Of a DNA stretch of 64,000 nt, positions 39,635 to 50,995 are shown in pieces. The notes beneath the pieces are model-generated. The model had not been told where the DNA came from. It made no database searches and saw only the letters and a list, made by a program, of their open reading frames with translations. The stretch spans positions 800,001-864,000 of the forward strand of contig CAWGHO010000003.1 of the NCBI GenBank assembly GCA_963822445.1, in the 5' to 3' direction. The DNA is from an uncultured Acidobacteriota bacterium. GTDB lineage: Bacteria; Acidobacteriota; Thermoanaerobaculia; Gp7-AA8. The position numbers were made by a program, and so were the translations under genes. Within the stretch, counting starts at the first letter, position 1. The number at the start of each line of letters is the position of its first letter.

Positions 39635-40951
39635 CTACCTCGCCGTCACGCGCCAGATCACGTTGCCGACGTCGTCCGCGACGAGCAGCGCGCCTTTCGC
39701 GTCGACGACCACGCCGACCGGGCGACCGCGCGCGTTCCCGTCCTCGTCCACGAACCCGGTCAACACCTCCTCGGCGGCGCCATTCGGACGTCCGCCGGCG
39801 AAGGGCACGAAGATGACGCGGTAGCCGCTGCGCGGGCGGCGGTTCCAGGAGCCGTGCTGGCCGATGAATGCGCCCTTCGCCGTGAAAGCGAGTCCGAGCG
39901 AGCCGGTGTGCGAGCCGAGGGCGTAGTCGGGGACGAGGGCGGTGGCCACGAGGTCGGGCCGCGGCGGCTTCACGCGATCGTCCACATGTTGACCGTAATA
40001 GCTGTACGGCCATCCGTAGAACGCGCCGTCCTTCACGGAGGTCATGTAATCGGGAACGAGATCGCTTCCGAGCTCGTCGCGCTCGTTGACGACGGTCCAG
40101 AGCACGCCGCTTTCCGGATGCCAGTCGATGCCGACCGGATTGCGCAAGCCCGATCCGTAAACGCGCGAACTACCTGTGCTGGGGTCGATCTCCAGGATGG
40201 CCGCGCGGTTGACCTCCTTGTCCATCCCGTTCTCGGCGACGTTGCTGTTCGAGCCGACGCCGACGTACAGGCGCGATCCATCACGGCTGGCGAGGAGACT
40301 CTTCGTCCAGTGATGGTTGAGCGGGCCGCCGGGAAGATCGGCGACCTTCACCGGCGCTTCGGCGATGCTCGTGGCGCCAGCTGTGTAAGGAAAACGGACC
40401 ACGGCATCGGCGTTGGCGACGTAGAAATTGTTCCCGACCAACGCCATGCCGAACGGGTGAAAGAGGTTCTGCAGGAAGACGCTGCGGGTTTCGGCGACGC
40501 CGTCGCCGTCCGCATCGCGAAGGAGGGTGATGCGATTCGCGCTCGGAACCGCGGAGCCGGCCTTCTTCATGAACATCTTCATGAACCAGGCTTTGATGCC
40601 TTTCGGCTCGGGGTTCTTCGGCGGACGATTCGTTTCGGCGACGAGCACGTCGCCGTTCGGCATCACGTACAGCCAGCGGGGGTGATCGAGGCCGGTCGCG
40701 AAGGCGTTGACCGCGAATCCCGCCGCGGCGGTGGGTGTGGTGCCGGCGGGCCATCCTTTGGCCGGGGCGATGTGCACCGTCGGAATCAGGGTCTTGTTCG
40801 GCGGCGGCAGCTCGGGGCTCGGTCCAATGCCGGCTTCGACCGGGAGGCGGGCCGATTCACAGGCGGCGAGAGTGAGAACGAGAGCGGCGGCGGCGACGAC
40901 GAGGACGAGCAGGAGGACGGATTTGAAGCGCATTCGAAAAAGCGCGTTCAT
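39635..40951 (-). CDS. Sorbosone/PQQ-dependent sugar dehydrogenase family lipoprotein
   Basis: LAAC lipobox, [38 protein letters not shown]. Confidence 0.9.
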   Translation of the reverse strand: MNALFRMRFKSVLLLVLVVAAAALVLTLAACESARLPVEAGIGPSPELPPPNKTLIPTVHIAPAKGWPAGTTPTAAAGFAVNAFATGLDHPRWLYVMPNGDVLVAETNRPPKNPEPKGIKAWFMKMFMKKAGSAVPSANRITLLRDADGDGVAETRSVFLQNLFHPFGMALVGNNFYVANADAVVRFPYTAGATSIAEAPVKVADLPGGPLNHHWTKSLLASRDGSRLYVGVGSNSNVAENGMDKEVNRAAILEIDPSTGSSRVYGSGLRNPVGIDWHPESGVLWTVVNERDELGSDLVPDYMTSVKDGAFYGWPYSYYGQHVDDRVKPPRPDLVATALVPDYALGSHTGSLGLAFTAKGAFIGQHGSWNRRPRSGYRVIFVPFAGGRPNGAAEEVLTGFVDEDGNARGRPVGVVVDAKGALLVADDVGNVIWRVTAR

Positions 40952-40965
40952 GAAACGGGCCTGAC

Positions 40966-41033
40966 GTGTAGTGTGGGCCTCCGGCCTACCTGTGGGCGGG
41001 GGACGAAAGGTAGGCCAGAGGCCCACACTACAC
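40966..41033. repeat. GTAG-type REP-like inverted repeat (26 bp, 1 mismatch)
   Basis: gtgtagtgtgggcctccggcctacct / aggtaggccagaggcccacactacac. Contains the ABC gene stop codon. Confidence 0.85.
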
Positions 41034-42827
41034 CGGCAGAATTTCTTCCCCCGGATTGATGAACCGGTCCGTCTCGAAGTTGTACTGCTTGTCGTAGAGC
41101 TGGCGATACCGTCCGTTCAGGGCCAGCAATTCCGGATGCGTCCCTCGCTCGACGATCTCGCCGCCTTCGATCACCAGGATCTGGTCGGCAGTCCGAATGG
41201 TCGACAGCCGATGGGCGATGACGAAGGTCGTGCGGCCTTTGCGCAAGGCCCGCAGGCCGTCCTGAATCTTCGCTTCGCTCTCGCTGTCCAGACTGGACGT
41301 AGCCTCGTCGAGGATCAGAATCGACGGATCGGCGAGGATGGCCCGGGCAATGGCGATGCGCTGCCGCTGGCCGCCGGACAGCTTGATGCCCCGCTCGCCG
41401 ATGATCGTGTCGTACTTCTTTTCGAGCGGCTCGACGAACTCGTCGACGTGAGCGAGACGCCCGACCTCGAGCACGTCTTCCATCGTCGCGGTCGGCTTCG
41501 CGTAGCGGATGTTCTCCAGGATCGAGCCATCGAAGAGGAAGTTGTCCTGCAGGACGATGCCGAGGTGGGAGCGGTAGTCGTGGAGGCGCAGGCTCTCCAG
41601 GTCGCGGTCATCGATCAGGATGCGCCCGCCCTTCGGATGATTGAACGTCATCACCAGGCTCATGAGCGTGCTCTTGCCGGAACCGCTCGAGCCGACCAGC
41701 GCCGTGGTCGTGCGCGCCGGCGCGTGGAAGGAAACGTTCTTCAGCACGGGAACGCCTGCGTCGTATTCGAACGTGACCCCTTCGAACTTCACGTCGCCGC
41801 GGATGGAATCGACGGGAAGGCGGCCCGCGTCTTCGACCATCTCCGTCTGCTGTTTCATGATCTCCCGGATCCGATCCAGCCCCGCAAACGCCTCGGTGAT
41901 CTGCGTCCCGATCGAAGCGATGCTCATCACCGGCGCGGCCAGCAGTCCGGTAAAGAAGATGTACATGATGAATTCGCCGAGGGTCATGCGGCCGGCGAGG
42001 ATGGCGCGACCGCCGATCAGCATGATCGTGACGCCGACGATGCCGAGGATGGTCGTGGCCAGCGCCGTGACTCCCGACACTGCTGTGATGGTTTTCGCGA
42101 CGTTGCGATAAAGCTCGTGAACGCCTTTCGTGAAGACGCGGTCCTCGCGTTTTTCACGCGTGTAGGCCTTGACCACGCGGATGCCGCCGAGGCTTTCCGC
42201 GAGACGGCCGGTGACCTGCGCGTTGATCTCGCCGCGTTTGCGAAACAGCGGGCGGATGCGCTTGAAGGTGAAGGCCATGATCCCGCCGAAGATGGCGAGA
42301 GTCGTCAGGGTGAGGATCGTCAGCGTGGGGTTGAGGTAGAGCAGCACGCCCAGCGCGAGGATCGCCGTGACGATGCCGCCGACGAGCTGCACCAGTCCCG
42401 TGCCGACGATGTTCCGGATGCCTTCGGCGTCGGACATGATCCTGGAAATGAGGACGCCGGATTTCGTGGAGTCGAAGTAGGCGACGGGAAGTCGGAGGAC
42501 GTGCTGCTCGACGTTGCGGCGCATCTCGGTGATGGTTCCGTGCGCGGCGACGCCGAGGATCTGGGAGAGGGAGAAGGAAGTCGCGGCCTGGATGAGCGTC
42601 GCGCCGAACGCCGCCGCGGCCAGCCACGGCAGCAGCTCATGCCGTCCCTTGCCGATCACGTCATCGATGAGGAACTTCGAGCTTGCCGGCAACACCAGCC
42701 CGGCGAAGCGGCTGATGAGCATCAACGTCAGACCCGCGGCGATGCGCCCGCGCCGCGCCCAAACGAGGGTCTTCGCCTCGCGCCAGGCTTCGTCGAGTTT
42801 GAAGGGTTTCTTGGGTGGATCGGGCAT
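41028..42827 (-). CDS. ABC exporter, fused permease/ATPase (MsbA-like)
   Basis: TM domain, [30 protein letters not shown]. Confidence 0.95.
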   Translation of the reverse strand: MPDPPKKPFKLDEAWREAKTLVWARRGRIAAGLTLMLISRFAGLVLPASSKFLIDDVIGKGRHELLPWLAAAAFGATLIQAATSFSLSQILGVAAHGTITEMRRNVEQHVLRLPVAYFDSTKSGVLISRIMSDAEGIRNIVGTGLVQLVGGIVTAILALGVLLYLNPTLTILTLTTLAIFGGIMAFTFKRIRPLFRKRGEINAQVTGRLAESLGGIRVVKAYTREKREDRVFTKGVHELYRNVAKTITAVSGVTALATTILGIVGVTIMLIGGRAILAGRMTLGEFIMYIFFTGLLAAPVMSIASIGTQITEAFAGLDRIREIMKQQTEMVEDAGRLPVDSIRGDVKFEGVTFEYDAGVPVLKNVSFHAPARTTTALVGSSGSGKSTLMSLVMTFNHPKGGRILIDDRDLESLRLHDYRSHLGIVLQDNFLFDGSILENIRYAKPTATMEDVLEVGRLAHVDEFVEPLEKKYDTIIGERGIKLSGGQRQRIAIARAILADPSILILDEATSSLDSESEAKIQDGLRALRKGRTTFVIAHRLSTIRTADQILVIEGGEIVERGTHPELLALNGRYRQLYDKQYNFETDRFINPGEEILPV

Positions 42828-42845
42828 TGCGGCGTTTGTTCAGCT

Positions 42846-42941
42846 TGTCATCCCGAGCGAAGTCGAGGGACCTGGCGGGCCGGGAGCCGCGACTCACGTG
42901 CCCCCCTCCTCCCAGGTCCCTCGACTTCGCTCGGGATGACA
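42846..42941. repeat. REP/MITE-like element with perfect 30-bp inverted repeats
   Basis: tgtcatcccgagcgaagtcgagggacctgg (42846-42875) and its reverse complement (42912-42941). Confidence 0.92.
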
Positions 42942-42947
42942 TGAGGA

Positions 42948-45257
42948 CTACGGCGCGACGCTCCACCACAACGCGTTAAACACGAGCGGAAATGTCGCGT
43001 GGGTCTGGCCGCGGTGTTGCGGGCGGAATCCGAACAGCACGATCTTGCCTTTGCCGTAGGTCACGGCGACCGCGGCGGCTTTACGCGTCAGGCGTTCTTC
43101 TCCTTCGATCCAACCCGAAAGCAGAATGTCCTGCGCGTCTTCCGGGTACCAGGCCAGGACCCAGCGTTGGGTGTCGCTCGATGGTGTGGTCGTGTCGAAG
43201 GCGAGGGCTCCATCGAGAAACGCCGCGGTCTCGGAAGGCATGCCGGCGGTGACGGGATGATCGGGGCGGAGCTTGATCCGCACCAGTGACCCGGGATTCG
43301 AGTAATCCTCGGACCGAATGCCCGCGAGCGCGTTGCGCACGGGGATGTTGAAGTGCTCGATCACGTACTCCGTCGAGTCGCCGAACGCGATCAGCGTTCC
43401 GCCGCCGTCGACGAACTTGCGCAGCGCGTCCGCGCCGGATGATTCGAGACCGCCGCGATACTCGGGCGGCATCTCCTCTTCGTAACGCATCGTCGTGTCG
43501 CTCGGCGAGCGCCGTCCCGCGGCGATGAGCTGCTTGTGCATGTCCGGGAGGATCACCGCGTCGTAGCCGGCCAGCCCGCCTTTCTGAATCTCCTGATTCG
43601 AGAGGCCCTTGACCGAGACGCCGTACGTCTCGAGCAACCAGCGCGTCCAGCCTTCATCCATCGATGCCTGCCAGGGTTTGTACGTCGCGACTTTCGGTTT
43701 GCGCGGGAGCTTCTCCGCGCGGGCGATCACTTCCTTCGTCGCCGGCTTGATGTCGCTGACGCGCGTCGTACCCTCGGGCATCGCGGCGCGCTCGACGCGA
43801 ACGCCCATCTGCAGCGGCAGCGTCCACGTCGCGACGTCGTACGGACGGAGAATGTCCTTGCCCGCCTGCAGTCTCACCTCGGGATACCGCTGCGGCTCGA
43901 GCATCTCGCTCACGAACTTCGAATACGGCTGCGCGAGCGGAATCCAGTAGTCGCCGTTCGCGGCCTGACGCACTTCCACGTTGTGCTCGGCCATCAGCCA
44001 GGCCAGGTGCTGCGCGGTCGGCCAGTCGTGCTGTTGCTTCGGGATGCGATACGCGTCGCCCGGCTTCGCCTGCGCGATGGCGCCACGCGCACGCACGAGG
44101 AGGTTGCGGAGAAAGTCGGTGCGATAGCGCGCGACGAGCTCGATCAGGGCGTCCGAGGCGATGCGCTCGTAGTCCATGATGTCGCGCATCCGCCACCATC
44201 CGCCCTTCCACGGATTCGGATGATTGATTGTCGCCTTGTACTCGATGAGCCCCTTGCTGCCGCCGCGAAGCTCGGTCGGCTCGACGTACATCGGCGACGC
44301 GATCCGCGCCGACGCGACTTCGAGCAGCATGCCGGTGATGTTCTTCCACCAGCCGGTGTTGCGCGTGCCGCCGAGCCAGTAGGCGTCGAACGAGTAGCCG
44401 TAAATGAGACCGCTCTTGCCGGCCTGCTCCAGGCGAAAGGCCATGTTCGAGCCGATGAGATTGGCCTCGCGCCAGATCAACGGGTGCACGTCGGGATCGA
44501 GCGGATCGGCGAACGGCGGGATGAACATGCGCGGGCCGTCGGAACCCATCTGGTGCTCGTCGACGAACACCTGCGGATTCCAGTCGTGGTACACGGCGCG
44601 GCTCAACGCGCGGGTCTCGAGCTGGGTGAGCATGTACCAGTCGCGATTGTTGTCGTGGCCGACGTAGTGGTGATACAGCCACGGCAGCCGGCCGCCTTCG
44701 TACTTCGTGCCGGCGTACTTGCGGTAGTAGTCGGTGATCATCGTCTGGCCGTCGGGATTCAGCGACGGCACGAGCAGCAGGACCACTTCATCGAGGCGGC
44801 GTTTGGTCTCCGGATCGTTCGTCGTTGCCAGCGCGTGCGCCCATTCCATCGCCATCTGGCTCGAGGCGATCTCGGTCGAGTGGATGTTGCAGGTGACGAG
44901 GACGACCGCCTTGCTGTCGCGAATGAGCGCGTCGGCATCGGCGTCGGAGAGTCCGCGCGGATCTGCGAGCCGCTTCGCCTGATCCTTGATCCGCGTTTTG
45001 TTCCGGATGTTCTCCTCGGACGAAATGACGGCCATGATCATCTCGTCGCCGAGCGTCGTCTTGCCGAGGACTTCGATGTCGACGCGCGGGGAGGCGGCGT
45101 CGAGGGCGCGGAAGTACGACTTGATCTGCGAGTAGTCGGCGAGCACGCGATCCTTGCCGATGTCGAGCTTCAGAAACTGCGCCGGCGACGGAATCGATTG
45201 CGCGAGCGCGGAGAAGGCGAGAAGAGTGACGGCGACGAGCCCTGCCAGACGAGTCAT
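42948..45257 (-). CDS. M14 family zinc carboxypeptidase with C-terminal GATase-like domain, secreted
   Basis: Signal peptide, IHSTE, NPDG, DNNRD, DEHQM. Confidence 0.9.
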   Translation of the reverse strand: MTRLAGLVAVTLLAFSALAQSIPSPAQFLKLDIGKDRVLADYSQIKSYFRALDAASPRVDIEVLGKTTLGDEMIMAVISSEENIRNKTRIKDQAKRLADPRGLSDADADALIRDSKAVVLVTCNIHSTEIASSQMAMEWAHALATTNDPETKRRLDEVVLLLVPSLNPDGQTMITDYYRKYAGTKYEGGRLPWLYHHYVGHDNNRDWYMLTQLETRALSRAVYHDWNPQVFVDEHQMGSDGPRMFIPPFADPLDPDVHPLIWREANLIGSNMAFRLEQAGKSGLIYGYSFDAYWLGGTRNTGWWKNITGMLLEVASARIASPMYVEPTELRGGSKGLIEYKATINHPNPWKGGWWRMRDIMDYERIASDALIELVARYRTDFLRNLLVRARGAIAQAKPGDAYRIPKQQHDWPTAQHLAWLMAEHNVEVRQAANGDYWIPLAQPYSKFVSEMLEPQRYPEVRLQAGKDILRPYDVATWTLPLQMGVRVERAAMPEGTTRVSDIKPATKEVIARAEKLPRKPKVATYKPWQASMDEGWTRWLLETYGVSVKGLSNQEIQKGGLAGYDAVILPDMHKQLIAAGRRSPSDTTMRYEEEMPPEYRGGLESSGADALRKFVDGGGTLIAFGDSTEYVIEHFNIPVRNALAGIRSEDYSNPGSLVRIKLRPDHPVTAGMPSETAAFLDGALAFDTTTPSSDTQRWVLAWYPEDAQDILLSGWIEGEERLTRKAAAVAVTYGKGKIVLFGFRPQHRGQTHATFPLVFNALWWSVAP

Positions 45258-45268
45258 GGACGCGGATG

Positions 45269-46729
45269 CTAGAACAGCTCCGAAACGCGCCGGAAAATCT
45301 TTTCACCCGCCTTCGGAAATTCGTCGTTCGTTCCTTTGAAGCCGATGAGGATTCCGATGACGATCGAGTAGACCGCCAGGACGATCGTGGCGATGCGCAG
45401 GGGCCGGATCGAAACGCCGGTATTCGCGAGCCAGGTCAGACCGCGCTCGACGCAGACGATGGCCCCGACGGTGATCAGCAGCCAGAAGTCGAGCTCGTAC
45501 CGGGCCGTGACGAACCAGCAGGACGACAAGCCGAGAAGGACCAGCCAGCCACCCGCGATCGCGAGGAGCGCGGCGCGCGTCTCGACGTCTTTCGGCTCCT
45601 TGCGAAGGATCAGGATGATGGCGAACAGACTGCCGATGATCGTCAGCGGCGCGAGCGGCGCCAGGCCGCCGACCTCTTCGCTCCAGGAGTTGTACGCGAT
45701 GTCGACATCATCACCGAGCCGCTGCGGCGGGAGATCGACGAACGGGAACTCGCCGCCGATCTGCGGCGGCGCGAAGAGATAGAGGGACGACGTGTTCAGC
45801 AGGCGGAGCAGCTCGGGGCCGCTGCAGAGACCGCAGACGCGATGGTCGGCCATGTTCACCTGGGTGAGCTGGTAGCGATGGCCGAATTCGAACGGCTGCT
45901 GAAACCGCGCGTAGTTGTAGGCGAGGAGCGCGCCGCCGATGAACGCCAGGGGGATCGATGCGATGAGCGCGGACTTGATGGTGTGGTGCAGCCCTCCGGC
46001 TTGCACCACACCAATCAGCGCGATTGCCAGCAAAACGCCTACGTTCGGGCGGGCGGCGATGGAGAGTCCGAGCCAGATGCTCATCCAGATGAGCCGCGAG
46101 GTCGTCGGTGACGCGAGATAGCGCAGGAGCGACCAGGCCCAGGTCGCGGTCATGGCCATGCCGCACAGCGCGGCCACTTCGTACGTTCGCGAGAACACCA
46201 TGATGAACGGCACGACGTTGCCGAGACCGATCAGCAGGATCCACAGCGACAGAGGAACGTGACGCGCGGTCGTGCTCAGCGCGCGTCTGACGAACAGCAT
46301 CGCGAAGAGGAAGGCCCATGCCGCAAAGACCGTTGCGGCCAGTTGATCGCTCGGATACAGGCCGTACAGGAGGCGCACCGGCAGGTAGAAAAGGAGTGCG
46401 GGCAGCGGTGTGAAGTAGAGGTAGTACTTGCCGTTGAAGTAGCTCGCGTCCCAGAGGTACGGCACGTTGTTGGTCTTGCGCAGCTCGTAGTCCCAGGGGT
46501 TGGGCATCTCCATCAGAATGGGAACGGGCACATGGGCCATGTTCAACTGCCCCTGCCGGAATCCCTCGGCCAGCGCGGCGTAATACGCGTCGCCCGGCCG
46601 TCCGCCGAGGAGGTACCACGGTCTGCTTTTGAAGGCGAACTGACCGTACGTCGCAAAAAACGTGTAGACGAAGAGCACGAACAGAATCGCGGCGGGCACG
46701 CCGAGGCGAGCCAGTATTATTGACGGCAT
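45269..46729 (-). CDS. Polytopic membrane protein, possible GT-C fold glycosyltransferase; start uncertain
   Basis: About 11 TMs; periplasmic loop WDASYFNGKYYLYF; ARP and TARY motifs. Confidence 0.65.
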   Translation of the reverse strand: MPSIILARLGVPAAILFVLFVYTFFATYGQFAFKSRPWYLLGGRPGDAYYAALAEGFRQGQLNMAHVPVPILMEMPNPWDYELRKTNNVPYLWDASYFNGKYYLYFTPLPALLFYLPVRLLYGLYPSDQLAATVFAAWAFLFAMLFVRRALSTTARHVPLSLWILLIGLGNVVPFIMVFSRTYEVAALCGMAMTATWAWSLLRYLASPTTSRLIWMSIWLGLSIAARPNVGVLLAIALIGVVQAGGLHHTIKSALIASIPLAFIGGALLAYNYARFQQPFEFGHRYQLTQVNMADHRVCGLCSGPELLRLLNTSSLYLFAPPQIGGEFPFVDLPPQRLGDDVDIAYNSWSEEVGGLAPLAPLTIIGSLFAIILILRKEPKDVETRAALLAIAGGWLVLLGLSSCWFVTARYELDFWLLITVGAIVCVERGLTWLANTGVSIRPLRIATIVLAVYSIVIGILIGFKGTNDEFPKAGEKIFRRVSELF

Positions 46730-48257
46730 GCGCACGCGTCGTTCGTCAGTCATCGTTTGTTCGTTCGTCCTCCTGCTCGCCCTGGCCGGGTGCACGACCA
46801 CTCAGCCGCAGGCCGCGTCGAACCGCTTCAAGATCCTGCAGATCAACGACGTATACAAGATCGAAGGCCTGGAGGGAGGACAGAGCGGCGGTCTGGCCCG
46901 GCTGCGCACGCTGCGCAAGCATCTCGAATCCGACGGCACTCCCGTGCTCGTTCTGCATGCCGGCGATGCACTCTATCCGTCGGTGATGAGCAAGTACCTC
47001 GATGCGCGGCCGATGGTCGACGTCATGAACCTTCTCGATGGCGACGCGACGGCGTTCGATTCGAAACTGATCGTCACGCTCGGAAATCATGAGCTGGATA
47101 AGAGCACGCCGGATGTGCTGATCGGGCGGTTGCGCGAATCGGCATTCGAATGGGTGGCGACGAACACGGTCATCACCGCGCCGGATGCGCCGGCGATCAA
47201 GAAGACCATTCTCGTCGACACCGCCGGCACGCGCATCGGCTTGTTCGGCATCCTGTATCCGCTGGAGAAGTCGTACGCGCGCTCGTCGGATGTCATCACC
47301 GCGGCGCGTGTGGCGGTGGCCGCGCTGCATGAAGACGGCGCGCGCGTGGTCATCGCCATCACCCATCAGGACATGGGCGCGGACATCGACTTGGTGAAGA
47401 ACGTGCCCGGGATCGATCTGGTGATCGGCGGCCACGATCATCTCTTCATGCAGCAGCAGGTGAACGACACCTGGATCGCGAAGGCGGACGCGGACGCGAA
47501 GAGCGTGATCGTTTATGACGTGACCGTGCCGCAGAACGGCCCGATCCGCACGACGCCGCTGCGGGTCGTGCTCGATGCGACGGTGGCCAAGGATCCGGTG
47601 GTCGACACGTCCGTGCAGCGCTGGCTGGGCGAACTCTCGGCCAAGCTCGGTGGCAACGAGACCCTCGGCACGACGCGCAATCTGCTCGAAGGCGTCGAGC
47701 CCGCCGTCCGCGGCCGCGAAACCGCCCTCGGCAACCTTCTCGCCGACGTCGCGCGCGAGCAGATGCAGACCGACGTGGCGGTGATCAACGGCGGCAGCAT
47801 CCGCATCAACGACAACATCCCTCCCGGCCCGATCACGAAGTACGACATGGAGGGGATTTTCTATTACACGAACAAGCTCGTCGCCGTGCGCGTGAGCGGC
47901 GCGCAACTGCTGGACCTGCTGCGCAACTCCGTCTCGCGCGCCGATGCCGGCGACGGCCGCTTCCTGCAGGTCTCCGGCCTCCGCTTCGCCTACCAACCGC
48001 CCGACTTCGCCGTGAATCTTTCGGACGTGACCGTCGCTGGCCGACCTCTCGATCCGAACGCGACGTACACCGTGGCGCTCCTCGATTACATGTACGAGAA
48101 GGGCATCGAGGACGGCTACACCCTCTTCACCGACCCGAACCGCCCCGCAAAAGTGAATGTGGGGCGCGAGGCCGATTTCCGGACGGCGGTGGAGTCGTAC
48201 GTGCGGCGGGTGCGGGAGGTGGGGACGGGGGTTGAGGGACGGATTTTGCGGAGGTAG
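46728..48257 (+). CDS. Bifunctional metallophosphatase / 5'-nucleotidase lipoprotein
   Basis: LAGC lipobox, NDVY, AGD, GNHE, GGHDH, NGGSIR. Confidence 0.92.
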   Translation: MRTRRSSVIVCSFVLLLALAGCTTTQPQAASNRFKILQINDVYKIEGLEGGQSGGLARLRTLRKHLESDGTPVLVLHAGDALYPSVMSKYLDARPMVDVMNLLDGDATAFDSKLIVTLGNHELDKSTPDVLIGRLRESAFEWVATNTVITAPDAPAIKKTILVDTAGTRIGLFGILYPLEKSYARSSDVITAARVAVAALHEDGARVVIAITHQDMGADIDLVKNVPGIDLVIGGHDHLFMQQQVNDTWIAKADADAKSVIVYDVTVPQNGPIRTTPLRVVLDATVAKDPVVDTSVQRWLGELSAKLGGNETLGTTRNLLEGVEPAVRGRETALGNLLADVAREQMQTDVAVINGGSIRINDNIPPGPITKYDMEGIFYYTNKLVAVRVSGAQLLDLLRNSVSRADAGDGRFLQVSGLRFAYQPPDFAVNLSDVTVAGRPLDPNATYTVALLDYMYEKGIEDGYTLFTDPNRPAKVNVGREADFRTAVESYVRRVREVGTGVEGRILRR

Positions 48258-48310
48258 CCGCCGTCGTTCCATTGCTTGACCGGCACTCCGCTCAACGGTA
48301 CGTTGACTTC

Positions 48311-48505
48311 ATGAAGACTCTCGAACTGCAAGTTCCTGACGAGGTTGCAGTGAAGGCCGAAGCAGTCGCGCAGAAGCATGGCGTGACGATCGAAGATCTT
48401 CTCCGTATGAGCCTCGACGAGAAACTCGACCGCGACGCCGAGCTCGAACAAGCGGTGAGCGAGGTCCTCGTTGAGAACGCGGAGCTCTACAAACGGCTGG
48501 CCTAA
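48311..48505 (+). CDS. Antitoxin (RHH-like) of the Doc toxin
   Basis: Small acidic protein ending ENAELYKRLA, directly upstream of the Doc gene. Confidence 0.8.
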   Translation: MKTLELQVPDEVAVKAEAVAQKHGVTIEDLLRMSLDEKLDRDAELEQAVSEVLVENAELYKRLA

Positions 48506-48895
48506 TTGCGGTCCCTTTCCGTAGAGGACATCCTTTACATCCATTCGCGAGTGATCGCGGATTCAGGTGGTTCTCATGGCCTTCGTGACCGCGGCGCGCT
48601 CGAGTCATCGGTAGCGCAACCACTTCAATCCTTTGACGACCGTGAACTTTATCCACATACGTTGGACAAGGCTGCGGCATTAGGGTTCTTCCTCGCTTCA
48701 AACCATCCGTTCATCGACGGCAACAAGCGGGTCGCCCACGCGGCTCTCGCGGTCACACTTCGTTTGAACGGGTATTTGCTCGTTGCGCCGGTCGATGAAC
48801 AGGAAGAGGTGATGTTGCGTCTCGCCTCTGGAGAGCTGACCCGTGAGGAGTTCTCAGAGTGGGTTACCGGTCACGCAGTCCGACGCGATCCCTGA
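48506..48895 (+). CDS. doc: Death-on-curing (Fic/Doc) toxin
   Basis: GLRDRGALES, LYP...KAA, NHPFIDGNKR. Confidence 0.92.
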   Translation: MRSLSVEDILYIHSRVIADSGGSHGLRDRGALESSVAQPLQSFDDRELYPHTLDKAAALGFFLASNHPFIDGNKRVAHAALAVTLRLNGYLLVAPVDEQEEVMLRLASGELTREEFSEWVTGHAVRRDP

Positions 48896-48904
48896 GGTTC
48901 GCGG

Positions 48905-48952
48905 GGCCGGCGAGACGCCGGCGATCCAGCCGCCGGGACGGCGGCGCTCCAC
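48905..48952. repeat. REP-like double hairpin
   Basis: gccggcgagacgccggc and gccgccgggacggcggc; loops resemble those at 26485-26581. Confidence 0.6.
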
Positions 48953-48968
48953 TACAATCCGCGACCTC

Positions 48969-50192
48969 ATGTCTCTGGCCCGCAGCATCGCGTGGCGTTA
49001 TCTTCGCCGGCCCACTGACGCGCTCGTGTCGGCGGTCGGGCTGGTCTCGATCCTCGGCATGGTCATAGGTGTCATGGCGTTGGTCATCTCCATGGCCCTC
49101 ATGACGGGCTACCGCCGTGATTTGCAGCAGAAGCTCCTCGGCGGGAACGCCGAGGTGTTCGTTTACTCGCTCGGCGCGCCGATTACCAATCCCCAGCCGC
49201 TCCTTTCCCTTCTTCGCCGCGTCGACGGCGTTGCCGACGCGTCGCCGGTCCTGTATCAGCACGCGGTCATCACCACGGAGACGAATGCCACTGGTTCCGA
49301 GGTCATGCTCAAGGGGATCGATCCGGCGCGGGGGAAGTCCTCGCCGATGCTGGCGAAGATCGTCGGCCCGACGGGGCGTTTCGAGAATGGCGAAGGCGGG
49401 GTGGGCGTGACCGTGGGCAAGTACCTCGCGTCGAAGCTCGGAGTGAAGAAGGGGGACGCGCTCAGCGTGACCGTTGCCGCGAGCGGCGAGGGCGGCATGA
49501 TGCCGCGACAGGCGACCTTCCTCGTCACGAACGTCTTCGACACCGGCTTCTACGAGTTCGACGCGAAGTGGATGTTCACCGAGCTCGGCGAGGCCCAGCG
49601 CCTCACGGGCATCGAGAGCGTGGCCAACGTCGTCGAGGTGAAGCTGATGCCCGGCGCGGACGTGGACAAAGTCGTCAAGACCATCGAGAAACAGACCGGC
49701 GGCGACTTCGCGGTCACCGACTGGCGGGACACGAACCGCCAGCTCTTCTCCATGCTCCAGATCCAGCAGCTGGTGCTGTTCCTGGTCATCGGCCTGATCG
49801 TGTTCGTCTCGACGTTCAACATCGTCTCCACGCTGATCATGACCGTGCAGGAAAAGCGTCGCGAGGTCGGCATCCTCACTTCGATGGGCGCCGAACCGAA
49901 GACCGTGCGCTGGATCTTCATCTGGTACGGGACGATGGTCGGCGTCGCCGGCACGGCAAGCGGAATCCTCCTCGGATCGCTGATCTGCTGGGTGATCACG
50001 CGGTACGAGCTGGTGTCGTTCCCGCCGGAGATCGCCGAGGTTTATTTCGTTTCTTCGATTCCGTTCGTGACGCGGCCTCTGGAACTGGCGGCCATCGCCA
50101 CGTTCTCGATCGCCGTCTCGTTCTTCGCCACGATTCTGCCGAGCATGCGCGCGGCGCGGCTCAATCCGATCGAAGCGTTGCGCTACGAGTAG
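48969..50192 (+). CDS. Lipoprotein-releasing ABC permease (LolC/LolE family)
   Basis: IAWRYL, G..ALVI..ALMTG, FDTGFYEFD, FNIVSTLIMTV.EKRREVGIL, P.EALRYE. Confidence 0.9.
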   Translation: MSLARSIAWRYLRRPTDALVSAVGLVSILGMVIGVMALVISMALMTGYRRDLQQKLLGGNAEVFVYSLGAPITNPQPLLSLLRRVDGVADASPVLYQHAVITTETNATGSEVMLKGIDPARGKSSPMLAKIVGPTGRFENGEGGVGVTVGKYLASKLGVKKGDALSVTVAASGEGGMMPRQATFLVTNVFDTGFYEFDAKWMFTELGEAQRLTGIESVANVVEVKLMPGADVDKVVKTIEKQTGGDFAVTDWRDTNRQLFSMLQIQQLVLFLVIGLIVFVSTFNIVSTLIMTVQEKRREVGILTSMGAEPKTVRWIFIWYGTMVGVAGTASGILLGSLICWVITRYELVSFPPEIAEVYFVSSIPFVTRPLELAAIATFSIAVSFFATILPSMRAARLNPIEALRYE

Positions 50193-50198
50193 CTGGAT

Positions 50199-50957
50199 CT
50201 ACCAGCGATCCGAGGCTCCGCCGCCGCCGCCACTTCCTCCGCCTCCGCTGAAGCCGGACGACGAAGAAGACGAGGACGACGAGCCGGAACGCGAGCCTCC
50301 GTCGCGGCCGAGCTTCCAGTCGCCGACGATGAAGACGCGGTAGAGCATGTAGAAGATCAAGGTGAAAAAAACGATCCCGAAGATCGTCGCGGGGATGATC
50401 AGCTCTTTCTCGCGCTCCGCGATCTCATCGGCGCGCAGCTGAATCGCGGCCGCACGGTCGGCCTGTTCCTGCGCCGGATCGTACGGTTTGGGAGGAGCGA
50501 GCGCGGCGATGATCGCGGACGTTCCCAACTCCGCGGCGCTCGCGTAATCGGCCACCTGGAGCGAGGGACGAAGGTCGACGAGAATCCGCTTGGAGAGCGC
50601 GTCGGTGAGCACGCCTTCGAGGCCGTACCCGACTTCGATCCGCGACTGCCGGTCCTCGATGAAGAAAAAGAGGATCGCCCCGTTGTCCTTCTTCTCCTGC
50701 CCGATGCGCCACGTGCGGATGGCCTCGGCACCCATCTCCTCGAGCGTCGTTCCGGCGGGCACCCGCCGGTCGACGTAGACGATGAGCTGATTGCCGGTGT
50801 CGCGCTCGTGCTGCGCGAGCGTCTCGTTCAGGGAGATCTCACGCGCATCGGGGATCGCCCCGGCCGCATCGGTCACGTACTGCACCGGCGCCTGCGGCAG
50901 AGGAACATTCGCCAGTAGCAGGAGCGCTACCGGGAGCGCGAGAAGAATGCGGGGCAT
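50199..50957 (-). CDS. TPM domain protein (YgcG-like)
   Basis: VTDAAG, W.IG...DNG, RIEVGYGLEGVLTD, TM, Ser/Gly tail ending GGGGASDRW. Confidence 0.9.
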   Translation of the reverse strand: MPRILLALPVALLLLANVPLPQAPVQYVTDAAGAIPDAREISLNETLAQHERDTGNQLIVYVDRRVPAGTTLEEMGAEAIRTWRIGQEKKDNGAILFFFIEDRQSRIEVGYGLEGVLTDALSKRILVDLRPSLQVADYASAAELGTSAIIAALAPPKPYDPAQEQADRAAAIQLRADEIAEREKELIIPATIFGIVFFTLIFYMLYRVFIVGDWKLGRDGGSRSGSSSSSSSSSGFSGGGGSGGGGGASDRW

Positions 50958-50995
50958 GGCCACGGATGATACGCCGCTATAATCCGCGCCGGTTC

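Noticed and set aside
39615-40013. N-terminal extension of the kinase in the 1007-aa ORF
   Set aside because: It overlaps the dehydrogenase gene in another frame; kinase homology starts at TTG 39614.
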